Source of the DNA: Alphaproteobacteria bacterium
GTDB taxonomy: Bacteria; Pseudomonadota; Alphaproteobacteria; UBA6615
NCBI GenBank assembly: GCA_011087645.1
Contig: JAALLF010000009.1
Coordinates: 51,348 to 115,347 of the forward strand
Length of the DNA stretch: 64,000 bases
Direction: 5' to 3'
Shown here: one piece after another, positions 55,142 through 64,000 of the stretch
How the letters are laid out: every line of letters starts with the position of its first letter
How positions within the stretch are numbered: position 1 is the first letter of the stretch
Translations under genes and position numbers: made by a program
The notes under the pieces: generated by a model
Told to the model about the DNA's origin: nothing
What the model saw: the letters and a program-made list of their open reading frames with translations, nothing else
The model's database searches: none

Positions 55142-55648
55142 ATGACAGAGAGCGACGGTACCGGCGCAAACACCATCGATGTGGGCTCGTTCTGGCGCGC
55201 CATCGGCCAGCGGGCCACCGGCGCGACCATCGTTACCGCCGCCGGCAGTAGCGGTCCCGCCGGTTTGCTGGCGCTGTCGGCCACCCATGTCACGGCCGAT
55301 CCGCCGACCATGCTGGTCTCCATCGACAACAAGACCTCGGCGTTGGCGAGCGTGCTCGAGGCCAAACACTTCGCCGTCAACTATTTGCCCCAGGGCGCGG
55401 AAGATATCGTCGAGCTGTTTTCCGGCAAAAGCCCGCTGAAAGGCGCTGATCGCTTCGCGGCTGGAAGTTGGGGCGCGCTGGCTACCGGCGCGCCAACCTA
55501 TAACCGGGCCATTGGCGTCATCGATTGCACGCTGGAAGAAGTCATCGAGCGCCACGGCGTCTCCATTATTTTGGGCCGGGTGGTCGATTTCCACGCCGAC
55601 CCGGATGGCGCGCCGCTGGTCTATTTTCGCGGCGGTTACTTGGCTTAA
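55142..55648 (+). CDS. flavin reductase domain protein
   Basis: FWRAIGQRATGATIVTA...LLALSATHVTADPPTMLVSI pattern. It is divergent from the monooxygenase. Confidence 0.8.
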   Translation: MTESDGTGANTIDVGSFWRAIGQRATGATIVTAAGSSGPAGLLALSATHVTADPPTMLVSIDNKTSALASVLEAKHFAVNYLPQGAEDIVELFSGKSPLKGADRFAAGSWGALATGAPTYNRAIGVIDCTLEEVIERHGVSIILGRVVDFHADPDGAPLVYFRGGYLA

Positions 55649-55663
55649 AGGGGTATTTAAAAA

Positions 55664-56521
55664 ATGAAACTCATCATCGGCGCTTCCGGGGCGGTCGGCA
55701 TCCCGTTGATCAAACAACTCGTGCAACGGGGCGAGGCGCTGCGCGCGCTATCGTCGAGCGAAGGCTCTGCCGAACGGTTGCGCGAACTCGGCGTTCAAGA
55801 GGTCATGGTCGGCGATTACCGCACCGATGGCGTCGTCGAGCAGGCCATGGCAGATGTCGAGAGCGCCTGCTACGTGCCGGCGCGCTTCGTCGCCGATGAG
55901 TTCGAAATCGGCAAGCGCATCGTCGACGCCGCCAAGGGCGCGAGCTTGGAGCATTTCCTTTTTTGCTCGGCCTTCCACCCGCAGCTCCACGAACTCAGCC
56001 ACCACTGGCAAAAACTGCAGGTCGAGGAATATCTCGTGGATAGCGACTTGCTGAATACCGTGGTCCAACCGTCGATGTTCATGCAGAACATTCGCGTCGA
56101 ATGGAGCCGCATCGTTGAGGCGGGCATCTATCCCCGCCCCTATTCGCCCCACAGCAAGATGAGCGTGATCGACACCGATGATCTGGCCGAGGCCATGGCC
56201 AACATCATGACCGAACGCAAATTTCAGGGCGCAAGCTACCAGCTCGCCGGTCCCGGCCCGATCACCCATGCGGAGATGGCGGCGGTTATTTCTGAGGAAA
56301 TCGGCAAGCCGGTAGAAGCGGTCCACCGCGACCTTAACGATTGGAAAAGCTGGGCCGAGGGCCGCGGCTGGACCGACTACGCCATCACCAACTACATCGC
56401 CATGTGCACCCATTACGACCAGCACGGCTTCAAATACGGCAACACGATCACGCTGGCGGCGATCCTCGGCCGCGAGCCGATCGATTACCGGGCCTTCGTG
56501 CGGAAGCTTGTGGCGCAATAA
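55664..56521 (+). CDS. NmrA-like NAD(P)-binding protein
   Basis: MKLIIGASGAVGIPLIKQLV Rossmann N-terminus. 285 aa. Confidence 0.7.
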   Translation: MKLIIGASGAVGIPLIKQLVQRGEALRALSSSEGSAERLRELGVQEVMVGDYRTDGVVEQAMADVESACYVPARFVADEFEIGKRIVDAAKGASLEHFLFCSAFHPQLHELSHHWQKLQVEEYLVDSDLLNTVVQPSMFMQNIRVEWSRIVEAGIYPRPYSPHSKMSVIDTDDLAEAMANIMTERKFQGASYQLAGPGPITHAEMAAVISEEIGKPVEAVHRDLNDWKSWAEGRGWTDYAITNYIAMCTHYDQHGFKYGNTITLAAILGREPIDYRAFVRKLVAQ

Positions 56522-56528
56522 ATCGTTT

Positions 56529-58238
56529 ATGAGCAACGCGTTCGATTACATCATCGTCGGTGGCGGGTCGGCCGGGTGCGTGCTGGCCAACCGGCTTTCG
56601 GCGCGCGCGTCGTGCCAGGTGCTCTTGCTGGAGGCGGGACGCGATACGGCGCCGGGGGCCGAACCGGCCGACGTCCTCGATACCTACCCGGTGTCCTACT
56701 ACAATCCGCGCTATATGTGGTCCGGGCTCACCGGCCATATGCGCCGCCACGACAGTTCGCCGGACTTGGCTGTCCGCCAGGCCCGCATTCTTGGCGGCGG
56801 CTCGTCGCTGATGGGTATGGTCGCCCTGCGCGGCACCCCCGACGATTATGACGGCTGGGCCCACATGGGCGTCGACGGTTGGGGCTGGCGCGATGTGTTG
56901 CCTTACTTCCGAAAACTCGAAAATGACATCGATTACGGCGCGGACCCCGAGGGCGATCTGCACGGCCAAGACGGTCCGGTACCGATCCGCCGGCTCGCAC
57001 CGGCCGACTGGCCGCCGATGGTTCACGCGCTGAAAGATTATTGCGAAAGCCGGCAAATCGCCCATATCGACGATTTCAACGGTGATTTCCGTGACGGCTT
57101 CGGCGTGCTGCCGATCAGCAAGTTCCCCGACAAGCGGGCGTCGAGCGCCATCTGCTATCTCGACGCCGCGACCCGCCAGCGCGCCAACCTGCGCATCGTC
57201 ACCGACGCGCCCGTACGTCGGCTTGAACTCGACACCAACGCAGGCAACAGCCGGGTCACCGGCGTCAGCGCCGAAATCGACGGCCAGGTGCAAACTTTCA
57301 CCGCTGGCGAGGTGATCATCTCCGCCGGCGCTCTGCAATCGCCAACGATGTTACTGCGCGCCGGTATCGGCCCAGCCGACGATCTGCAACGTCTAGGCAT
57401 TCCGGTCGTCGCCGATCTGCCAGGGGTGGGCGCCAACCTGCACAACCACCATATCGTCTTTCTCGTCGCCCATATGCGCCGCGCGGCGAGCCACCGCGAC
57501 CGCGCGCGCCTCCACACCACGGCGACCCTGCGCTATTCGTCGGGCATCGACGATTGTCCGCCCAGCGATATGTATATCTCCCTGGTGGGGACGACCGGAT
57601 GGCACGCGCTCGGCCGGCGCATCAGCTCGCTGACCCCCGCCCTGTTGCAACCGGCCTCGCGCGGGAAGGTTTCCCTGCGCAGCGCCGATATAAACGACCG
57701 CGCGCTCATCGAGTTCGACTTTCAGTCCGACGACCGGGACCGCGTGCGCCTGGCCGGCGCCGTGCGCCGGGCGGCCGAGATGCTGCTGGCGCCGGATGTT
57801 CGAAAACTATGGCACCAGGCCTACCCGGTAGTCCGCGCCCATCGCATGCGCCAGCTCAACAATGTCACCCCCTACAATGCGCTGCGCGCCAGGGTTTTGG
57901 CGAAACTGCTTGATACGCTGCCGGCGGCCGGGCGGCCGATCGTCGGGTCGCTCTCGGACCCCGGCTTGGATATCGCGGCGCTGCTCGCCGACGAGGACCG
58001 GCTCAACGACTTCGTGACCGGTAGCGTCTCCGGCATGGCCCACCATGCGGGCACCTGCCGCATGGGCGCCGCCGATGACCCGCTGGCGGTAGTCGATGCA
58101 AACGCGCGCGTGCGCGACGTCCCCGGTCTGCGGGTGATCGACGCCTCGATCATGCCGGTCATCCCCCGGGGCAACACCAATATCCCGACCATCATGGTGG
58201 CGGAAAAAATCGCCGCGGCGATGGTGGAAGACCGCTAA
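56529..58238 (+). CDS. GMC family oxidoreductase (choline-dehydrogenase-like)
   Basis: FDYIIVGGGSAGCVLANRLS, the GGGSSLMGM region, and the C-terminal HHAGTCRMG...VIDASIMP. Confidence 0.9.
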   Translation: MSNAFDYIIVGGGSAGCVLANRLSARASCQVLLLEAGRDTAPGAEPADVLDTYPVSYYNPRYMWSGLTGHMRRHDSSPDLAVRQARILGGGSSLMGMVALRGTPDDYDGWAHMGVDGWGWRDVLPYFRKLENDIDYGADPEGDLHGQDGPVPIRRLAPADWPPMVHALKDYCESRQIAHIDDFNGDFRDGFGVLPISKFPDKRASSAICYLDAATRQRANLRIVTDAPVRRLELDTNAGNSRVTGVSAEIDGQVQTFTAGEVIISAGALQSPTMLLRAGIGPADDLQRLGIPVVADLPGVGANLHNHHIVFLVAHMRRAASHRDRARLHTTATLRYSSGIDDCPPSDMYISLVGTTGWHALGRRISSLTPALLQPASRGKVSLRSADINDRALIEFDFQSDDRDRVRLAGAVRRAAEMLLAPDVRKLWHQAYPVVRAHRMRQLNNVTPYNALRARVLAKLLDTLPAAGRPIVGSLSDPGLDIAALLADEDRLNDFVTGSVSGMAHHAGTCRMGAADDPLAVVDANARVRDVPGLRVIDASIMPVIPRGNTNIPTIMVAEKIAAAMVEDR

Positions 58239-58312
58239 CCCACGGTTGGCCTGACGTTTGGCGTTATCGATTTAGCCTTGACTCCGCGCCACATATATCT
58301 GATATTTCTGTC

Positions 58313-58912
58313 ATGACAGAAATTACAAACAATTCGAGCAACCTCTCCCCCGCCGTCGAGCGTTTCATTCTTCATTGGGGCGATTTGGGCGGCCAATGGG
58401 GGGTCAACCGCTCCGTGGCGCAGATCCACGCGCTGTTATACCTGTCCGAGCACCCCCAGACGGCCGAGGATATCGCCGAAACCCTGGGCCTCGCCCGCTC
58501 CAATGTTTCCAACTCGATCAAGGAGCTGATGGGCTGGAAACTCATCCACCGGGTACCGGTGATGGGCGACCGTCGCGATCATTTCGCCGCCGAGACCGAT
58601 ATCTGGGAAATGGTGACGCGCATCGCCCAGGGCCGCAAAGAGCGGGAAATTGACCCGGCGGCCGAAGCCCTACGCGCCTGCATGGCGGAAGCCGAAACCG
58701 ACACCCAGATCAGTCCGGTGGCTTTGAAACGCCTACAGGAAATGCTCGAATTCGTCGAAACCATCAACCGGTGGTACACCCAGATGCTCAATGTACCCAA
58801 ACCGGCTTTGGTCACCCTGATCAAGATGGGGTCGAAAGTCACCACCTTGCTCTCGCCAATCACCCGGCGCGGCGGCAAAAAGGACCGTGAAACGGCAAAC
58901 CAAGACGCGTGA
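58313..58912 (+). CDS. GbsR/MarR-like (COG1510) transcriptional regulator
   Basis: FILHWGDLGGQWGVNRSVAQIHALLYLSEHPQTAEDIAETLGLARSNVSNSIKELMGWKLIHRV. Confidence 0.65.
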   Translation: MTEITNNSSNLSPAVERFILHWGDLGGQWGVNRSVAQIHALLYLSEHPQTAEDIAETLGLARSNVSNSIKELMGWKLIHRVPVMGDRRDHFAAETDIWEMVTRIAQGRKEREIDPAAEALRACMAEAETDTQISPVALKRLQEMLEFVETINRWYTQMLNVPKPALVTLIKMGSKVTTLLSPITRRGGKKDRETANQDA

Positions 58913-58967
58913 TATTTTTTTGCGCCGTTGTTTCTGTCTCTACAGAAATAACGGTTTTAAGGATAAT

Positions 58968-59669
58968 ATGGAGGGTTCGATCATGTTGCGGCTTGTTTCC
59001 GACCGAAGTGTTGAAAAACCCGTCGCCGCGCGGTCTTGGACCCATAGTGCCGATCTCGACGATTTACGGTTTCGGGCCCTGGTGGGTGCGGAAGCCTGGA
59101 GCCGCCTGCCGAAAGCCGTGCAAACTCGCTTTGCCAAACGGCTGACCGACCAACGCGCGGCAATGTATGCCGGGGAAATTATCGAGACCCGCATGAACCC
59201 GCTGGGCTGGCTCCTCGCCCAGGCCACGCGGCTCATCGGCGCGCCGTTACCGCTCACCCGCGACGCCGACGTGCCCGCCACGGTGACAATCACCGAAGAC
59301 GGCCCAAGCAAAGGCCAATATTGGACCCGGGTCTATGGCCGCCACCATGGCTTCCCGCAAGTCATCCATAGCTCCAAACGGTTCCGGGGGCCGACCGGCT
59401 TGGAAGAATATATCGGCCGCGGCGTCGGCATGGCGCTGACCGTCCACGCCGACGATTACGCCATCCGCTTCCGCAGCGATCATTACTTCATGCAGCTATT
59501 GGGATTGCGCCTGCGCCTGCCGAAATGGCTGAGCCCGGGCACGGTCACCGTAAGTCACATCGATTTCGGCCCCGATCAATTCGCCTTCGTGCTCGATCTT
59601 CACCACCCCCTGTTCGGCGAACTTGTGCACCAGAGGGGAATTTTCCGCGACACCGTTTTCGAGGAGTGA
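58968..59669 (+). CDS. DUF4166-like protein
   Basis: FRALVGAEAWSRLPKAVQTRF...LGLRLRLPKWLSPG pattern, and pairing with a saccharopine-dehydrogenase-like gene. ATG 58968 follows AAGGA. Confidence 0.5.
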   Translation: MEGSIMLRLVSDRSVEKPVAARSWTHSADLDDLRFRALVGAEAWSRLPKAVQTRFAKRLTDQRAAMYAGEIIETRMNPLGWLLAQATRLIGAPLPLTRDADVPATVTITEDGPSKGQYWTRVYGRHHGFPQVIHSSKRFRGPTGLEEYIGRGVGMALTVHADDYAIRFRSDHYFMQLLGLRLRLPKWLSPGTVTVSHIDFGPDQFAFVLDLHHPLFGELVHQRGIFRDTVFEE

Positions 59670-59674
59670 ACGCC

Positions 59675-60265
59675 ATGCCCAATCCCAACGCCACACCCAC
59701 CAACGAATTTCGGATCACCGCGCCAATGGCCCAATTCCTCGACTATTTCGGCGAACTGGGGCCGCGCTGGGGTGTCCGCACCGAGACGTCCAAGACTCAA
59801 GCGCTGCTGTTCCTGGCCGACCGACCGCTGAGCCGCAATGACATCGCCCAGGCATTGGACATAACCAAGCCCAAAGCGACCAGCGCGCTCAAGGATCTGG
59901 ACGATTGGGAAATGGCGCACCAAACCGATGACGGTCGCTGGCGTACCGGCAGCGAACCCTGGGATCTGCTCTTCACCGCGCTGGAAACCCGTCAGCAGCG
60001 CGAGATCGCGCCAGCCTTGGACATCCTGCGCCAGTGCACCGCCGGCGCCAAGGCGGACCCGACCACGCCAGCGTCAGTGCGGCGGCGGATTGGCGGTGTG
60101 TTGAAGCTGGTCGAAAACCTCGCCGCGATCGATGTGCAGTCCCGCCGGCTGCCGAAGAGCCTGCTGCCGCGCCTGGTCAGCGCCACCGGCACCGCGTCGC
60201 GCCTGATCGATCGCGTCTTCCCCCACCAAACAGCCGCGCCCAAGGAGAACCGCCATGAAAACTGA
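59675..60265 (+). CDS. second GbsR/MarR-like regulator (paralogue of 58313-58912)
   Basis: FLDYFGELGPRWGVRTETSKTQALLFLADRPLSRNDIAQALDITKPKATSALKDLDDWEMAHQ parallels the first regulator. Confidence 0.6.
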   Translation: MPNPNATPTNEFRITAPMAQFLDYFGELGPRWGVRTETSKTQALLFLADRPLSRNDIAQALDITKPKATSALKDLDDWEMAHQTDDGRWRTGSEPWDLLFTALETRQQREIAPALDILRQCTAGAKADPTTPASVRRRIGGVLKLVENLAAIDVQSRRLPKSLLPRLVSATGTASRLIDRVFPHQTAAPKENRHEN

Positions 60266-61601
60266 TGCCCCGCTGCGCGTTCTCATTGTCGGCGCCACCG
60301 GTGTCTTTGGCCGGCGCCTGGCCGAACAATTGGTGCACGAGCCGGGCATTACCCTGATCCTGGCGGGCCGCACCGCCCAGACGCTGGCGCACCTCGACAC
60401 CAATCTCGGCAATCGCACCGAGCGCGCAGTGCTCGACCGGGCGTTGGTGACAGCGGGCGATTTGCAGAACTTGGGCGTGCGTTTGGTGATCGATGCCGCC
60501 GGCCCGTTTCAGGAAAGCGGCACCAGCCTTATCGAGGCCGCCATCGAAGCTGGGTGTCACTATGTCGACCTGGCCGACGGGCGCGCCTTCGTCGCTGGCA
60601 TCGGCCGGTTCGACGCGGCGGCGCGCGCACGGGGCGTCACCATTCTCTCCGGCGCCAGCTCGACGCCAGCCCTCTCCCATGCAGCTGTCGACGCACTGAC
60701 CCGCGGCTGGCGCGCGGTCGATACCATCCGGGTGGCCATCAGCCCCGGCAACCGGGCGCCGCGCGGCGTATCGGTGGTGCGCGCCGTGCTGTCTTATGCG
60801 GGCCAGCCGATACGGCTTTTTCGCGATGGCGGCTGGCGCATCGCGCCCGGATGGGGTCTGACCCATGAGCTAGACTTTCCGGGAATCGGCCGGCGCACGG
60901 TTTCGCTTTGCGAAACGCCGGATATGGACTTGTTTGTCGACCGTTACCGGCCTCGCATAGCCGCCGAGTTCTTCGCCGGTTTCGAATCCCGCCTCATGCA
61001 TCAGGGCCTGCGTCTCGCCGCCCTGCTCGTGCTCTGGCGGTTGATTAGGTCCCTAGCACCCTATGCCACACCGTTGCATTTTATCGCGTCGCTACTGCAG
61101 CCCTACGGCACCGACCGGGGCGGCATGGTCGCCCAGGTCACCGGACAAGATCGCTATGGCCGGCCGGTGGCGGCCCAATGGTCGCTCGCCGCCGAAGGCG
61201 GCCGCGGCCCCTTCGTGCCAACCCTCGCCGCGTTGGTCCTGGCTCGCCACTTTCGCGATGGCAAGATTACCTATCGCGGTGCGATGCCCTGCGCCGGCAC
61301 CCTGGCGATCGAGGATTTTCACGCCGATTTCCAGCGCCTGGGCATCAAGACGAAAATCCGCCGTTCAAATCACGCGCGCGCCGAAACCGCCCGCGAGACC
61401 AGACGCCGCAGCCCGGCACCGATAAACGCGAGCACCACGCAAGGCCCGACAACGAACAAGCAGGCGAAGGCGTTGATCTCCGGACCGCCGATAATCCAGG
61501 CGACCACACAGCCCGCCGCCGCGCCGCCATACAGCGAGACCCAGCCAAATTCCAAGAAACGCGGCAACAGGAAAATGCTCGCCACAATCGCCAGCGGATA
61601 G
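60255..61601 (+). CDS. saccharopine-dehydrogenase-like NAD(P)-binding protein; 3' end doubtful
   Basis: LRVLIVGATGVFGRRLAEQL Rossmann start. The last roughly 75 codons are low-complexity and overlap the convergent membrane-protein gene. Confidence 0.6.
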   Translation: MKTDAPLRVLIVGATGVFGRRLAEQLVHEPGITLILAGRTAQTLAHLDTNLGNRTERAVLDRALVTAGDLQNLGVRLVIDAAGPFQESGTSLIEAAIEAGCHYVDLADGRAFVAGIGRFDAAARARGVTILSGASSTPALSHAAVDALTRGWRAVDTIRVAISPGNRAPRGVSVVRAVLSYAGQPIRLFRDGGWRIAPGWGLTHELDFPGIGRRTVSLCETPDMDLFVDRYRPRIAAEFFAGFESRLMHQGLRLAALLVLWRLIRSLAPYATPLHFIASLLQPYGTDRGGMVAQVTGQDRYGRPVAAQWSLAAEGGRGPFVPTLAALVLARHFRDGKITYRGAMPCAGTLAIEDFHADFQRLGIKTKIRRSNHARAETARETRRRSPAPINASTTQGPTTNKQAKALISGPPIIQATTQPAAAPPYSETQPNSKKRGNRKMLATIASG

Positions 61602-61918
61602 ACCCCGGGGATCGCCAACACCGGCGCGCCCAGCAGGGTCACGCTCAAGATCACCGCGGTCGCGACGGCGACGGCGCCGGCATAGGGCCAGCGAATTTCG
61701 ATCGCGCGCCGCAACAGCACCACCGCCGCCGCGGCATGGATCAGCAATAGCAACGCAAGTCCGCCTTCGAGGAACGCGCCGACCTGTTCGAGTTCGCGGA
61801 TCGAGGGATCGTTGGCGGCGGCTTGGGCAGCCTGAAAGTGCGCCACGGCGACACTGGCTCGCCATACGGAGCCGACGGCCAGCACCAGCGCGACACCTAT
61901 CATTGCTACATGTTTCAC
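61370..61918 (-). CDS. hypothetical membrane protein (about 5 TM)
   Basis: 182 aa with consecutive hydrophobic helices (MIGVALVLAVGSV..., LALLLLIHAAAAVVLL..., AVAVATAVILSVTLLGAPVLAI...). Confidence 0.55.
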   Translation of the reverse strand: MKHVAMIGVALVLAVGSVWRASVAVAHFQAAQAAANDPSIRELEQVGAFLEGGLALLLLIHAAAAVVLLRRAIEIRWPYAGAVAVATAVILSVTLLGAPVLAIPGVYPLAIVASIFLLPRFLEFGWVSLYGGAAAGCVVAWIIGGPEINAFACLFVVGPCVVLAFIGAGLRRLVSRAVSARA

Positions 61919-62074
61919 GCAGCCGAAGCCTTTTCAGTCGTGTGACCGGCGACATCCCCATTCTACGGCCATCATCATATTCCGGTAAGACCGGCACAAT
62001 GCGAGATAATTATGACGGTTTATTGCGCCCCTACCCGCCCCCAACACTCCTGACAGGAGGTTGTCAGGAGGGGT

Positions 62075-62287
62075 GTGCAAATATCGCGGCCATCGAAACC
62101 CCTGAGAGGAGACATCCCAATGAGCTTTTCCCCTGAACATTTGGTCGCCTGGTGCGAACTGCGCGACGATTTCCGCATGTTCCGTCTCGACCGCATCTCC
62201 GGGATGGACGATAGCGCCGGCGCCTTCCGCCCCGAGCGCGGCAAGACCTTGACCGATTTCTATCGCAGTATGGAAGAACGGAACTGA
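62075..62287 (+). pseudogene. remnant of a YafY-type (HTH-WYL) regulator; only the end of the WYL domain survives
   Basis: HLVAWCELRDDFRMFRLDRISGM is the characteristic WYL-domain C-terminal strand. No HTH or first half of the WYL domain lies upstream. Confidence 0.55.
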
Positions 62288-62320
62288 GCGAACCTCCGCC
62301 CCGCCCCAATCATTGATGAG

Positions 62321-63763
62321 CTATAACCCGGCTTGGGTGATGAACTTGGTGTTGAGATAGGCGTCGATGGCTTCGCTGCCGCCTTCCGAGCCGTAGCCGG
62401 AATCCTTGACCCCGCCGAACGGCGTCTCGATCAGCCCGATGCCATGATGGTTGATCGACACCATGCCGCTCTCGAACGCGGAACCAATCGCCTCGGCGGT
62501 TTTCGCCGACTTGGTATAGGCGTAGGCCGCCAGACCGTAATCGAGCCGGTTGGCCTCGGCGACCACCGCATCGAAATCGCTGAACGGCATGATCGGCGCC
62601 ACCGGGCCGAAGGGTTCTTCGTTCATGATGCGCGCATCCATCGGCACGTCGGTCATCACCGTCGGCTCGAAGAAATAGCCCTTATTGCCCTTGCGCTCGC
62701 CGCCGGTGCGCACGGTCGCGCCCTTGGCCACCGCGTCGGCGACGAAACCCTCGATGGCCTCGACCCGGCGGTCGTGCGCCAGCGGTCCCATCTTGGTGTC
62801 CGGCTCCAGGCCGTTGCCGACCGGCAGGTTCGACGCGAACTCGGTAAAGCCCTCGACGAACCGGTCATAGTGTTTCTCGTGCACCAGAAAGCGCGTCGGC
62901 GAGACGCAGACCTGGCCGGCGTTGCGGTACTTATTCGCGGTCAACACTTTGAGCGCCACTTCCACATCGGCATCTTCGAAGACGATCGCCGGCGAATGGC
63001 CGCCGAGCTCCATGGTGACCCGCTTCATATGGGCGCCGGCCATGGCGGCGAGCTGCTTGCCGACCGCGGTCGAGCCGGTAAAAGTGATCTTGCGGATGGT
63101 GCGGTGGGGGATGAGATATTCGGAAATCTCGGCCGGGACGCCGTAGACCAGATTGACCACCCCGTCGGGCAGGCCGGCATCGACGAAGCACTTGAACAGC
63201 GCGGCGCAACTCGCCGGGGTTTCCTCCGGGCCCTTCAGAATGATCGAGCAACCCGAGGCGACCGCGCCCGACAGCTTGCGGACCGCCTGGTTGATCGGAA
63301 AGTTCCACGGGGTGAAGGCCGCCACCGGGCCGACCGGCTCCTTGGTGACCATCTGGGTCACGCCGGCCATGCGCGCCGGGATGACCCAGCCATAGGCGCG
63401 GCGCGCCTCCTCGGCGAACCAGTCGATGATTTCGGCGCCGAACAGGGTCTCGCCCTTGGCCTCGAACAGCGGCTTGCCCTGCTCCTGGGTCATCACCGCG
63501 GCGATCTCGTCGGCCCGCTCGCGCACCAAACCGGCGGCCTTGCGCATGACCTTATAGCGCTCCATCGCCGAAGCATCTTTCCATTCGCGGAACCCGGCCT
63601 CGGCGGCCTCCAGCGCCGCGTCGAGATCGGCGATGCGGGCATGGGCGACATTGCCGATGGCCTCCTCGGTCGCCGGGTTGATCACATCGATGGTCTCGCC
63701 GGCAGCGGCGGGCAACCATTTGCCGGCAATGTGGAGCTCGGTATTGGGATAGGTGTCGGTCAT
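62321..63763 (-). CDS. NAD(P)-dependent aldehyde dehydrogenase (succinate-semialdehyde-dehydrogenase-like)
   Basis: ELGGHSP (catalytic Glu), the [12 protein letters not shown] catalytic-Cys loop, and [10 protein letters not shown] chose ATG 63763 ([16 protein letters not shown]). Confidence 0.85.
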   Translation of the reverse strand: MTDTYPNTELHIAGKWLPAAAGETIDVINPATEEAIGNVAHARIADLDAALEAAEAGFREWKDASAMERYKVMRKAAGLVRERADEIAAVMTQEQGKPLFEAKGETLFGAEIIDWFAEEARRAYGWVIPARMAGVTQMVTKEPVGPVAAFTPWNFPINQAVRKLSGAVASGCSIILKGPEETPASCAALFKCFVDAGLPDGVVNLVYGVPAEISEYLIPHRTIRKITFTGSTAVGKQLAAMAGAHMKRVTMELGGHSPAIVFEDADVEVALKVLTANKYRNAGQVCVSPTRFLVHEKHYDRFVEGFTEFASNLPVGNGLEPDTKMGPLAHDRRVEAIEGFVADAVAKGATVRTGGERKGNKGYFFEPTVMTDVPMDARIMNEEPFGPVAPIMPFSDFDAVVAEANRLDYGLAAYAYTKSAKTAEAIGSAFESGMVSINHHGIGLIETPFGGVKDSGYGSEGGSEAIDAYLNTKFITQAGL

Positions 63764-64000
63764 GGGGATGGGTCCTGATGTGTCGGTTTGAGATGATGCG
63801 AATATCGGGGGCCGGTTAGCCGGCGCGGCCCTACATTTCCCGCATTCCCCGCGCGCGTTCAAGGGCTGTGCGGGATTTTGTGGGGTTGGGGAGACTTTGC
63901 TGGTGAAACTATCCCAGGCTCACCAATCCTAGAAGACAAACATACGAACACTATGCCGGTCTCGCGGTTGTGGCGGCGATTGCACTCTACCTCTCGAACA

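Noticed and set aside
62333-63778. 481-aa plus-strand ORF antisense to the aldehyde dehydrogenase
   Set aside because: It is a shadow ORF with low-complexity Arg/Gly/Asp/His content. The ALDH catalytic Cys/Glu motifs are on the minus strand.
63863-64000. Possible gene start at the right edge (ATG 63953 or a hydrophobic frame AGLAVVAAIALYLS)
   Set aside because: There are too few codons before the window ends to choose a frame or support a call.

Overview
This is a GC-rich, gene-dense chromosomal segment with about 60 protein genes. It looks alphaproteobacterial: ALA-synthase hemA, a FixJ/LuxR-type two-component pair, an Flp pilin, and GC-rich REP-like palindromes of the CCCTCTCC...GGAGAGGG and CCTCATCCTGAGG types. 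I recognised no rRNA, tRNA, CRISPR array, IS element, integrase or phage gene. Left to right the window holds: (1) a small-gene region with an SDR, a pirin and an orphan Flp pilin behind an AT-rich promoter island. (2) A 9.4-kb co-directional minus-strand uptake/catabolic locus: cyclase, COG0523 metallochaperone (frameshifted), amidase, two paralogous alpha/beta hydrolases, and a NitT/TauT-type ABC importer. (3) GTP-type PEPCK, an MFS pump and pyruvate kinase. (4) An orphan form-II CoxL-like molybdoenzyme subunit followed by a Tat-exported protein of unknown family. (5) A thiol-redox cluster: two TetR genes, a glutaredoxin, an AhpD-like CxxC protein, and a peroxiredoxin-like gene that the ORF track misses. 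(6) Two very large secreted proteins (M23 peptidase with cadherin-like repeats; purple-acid-phosphatase-like metallophosphoesterase) plus a TPR protein. (7) A GAF-PAS histidine kinase with a FixJ-like regulator, an atypical stand-alone receiver, a signal-peptide-bearing truncated haemoglobin and hemA. (8) Assorted oxygenases, amidases, a bicupin and AsmA. (9) A complete polyprenyl-phospho-D-arabinose (DprE1/DprE2/UbiA-HAD) pathway with a GT87 GT-C transferase. (10) A flavin monooxygenase/reductase, NmrA and GMC oxidoreductase set. (11) A GbsR, DUF4166, GbsR, saccharopine-dehydrogenase-like unit. (12) A WYL-regulator remnant and an aldehyde dehydrogenase. The best hunt result is the unannotated minus-strand gene at 25909-26388. 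Its single in-frame TGA sits exactly at the first Cys of the redoxin FYRGHW-C-PYC motif, so it is a probable selenoprotein (UxxC). Other points worth a second look: a G8 homopolymer frameshift in the first gene of the arabinose pathway; a 2-nt frameshift in the COG0523 gene; a hydrolase whose conserved N-terminus has no start codon and runs in frame from the amidase TGA; an exported truncated globin; and nested MITE/REP-like palindromes. All calls come from reading the sequence and translations, with no database search. Family names rest on motif recognition and need confirmation.
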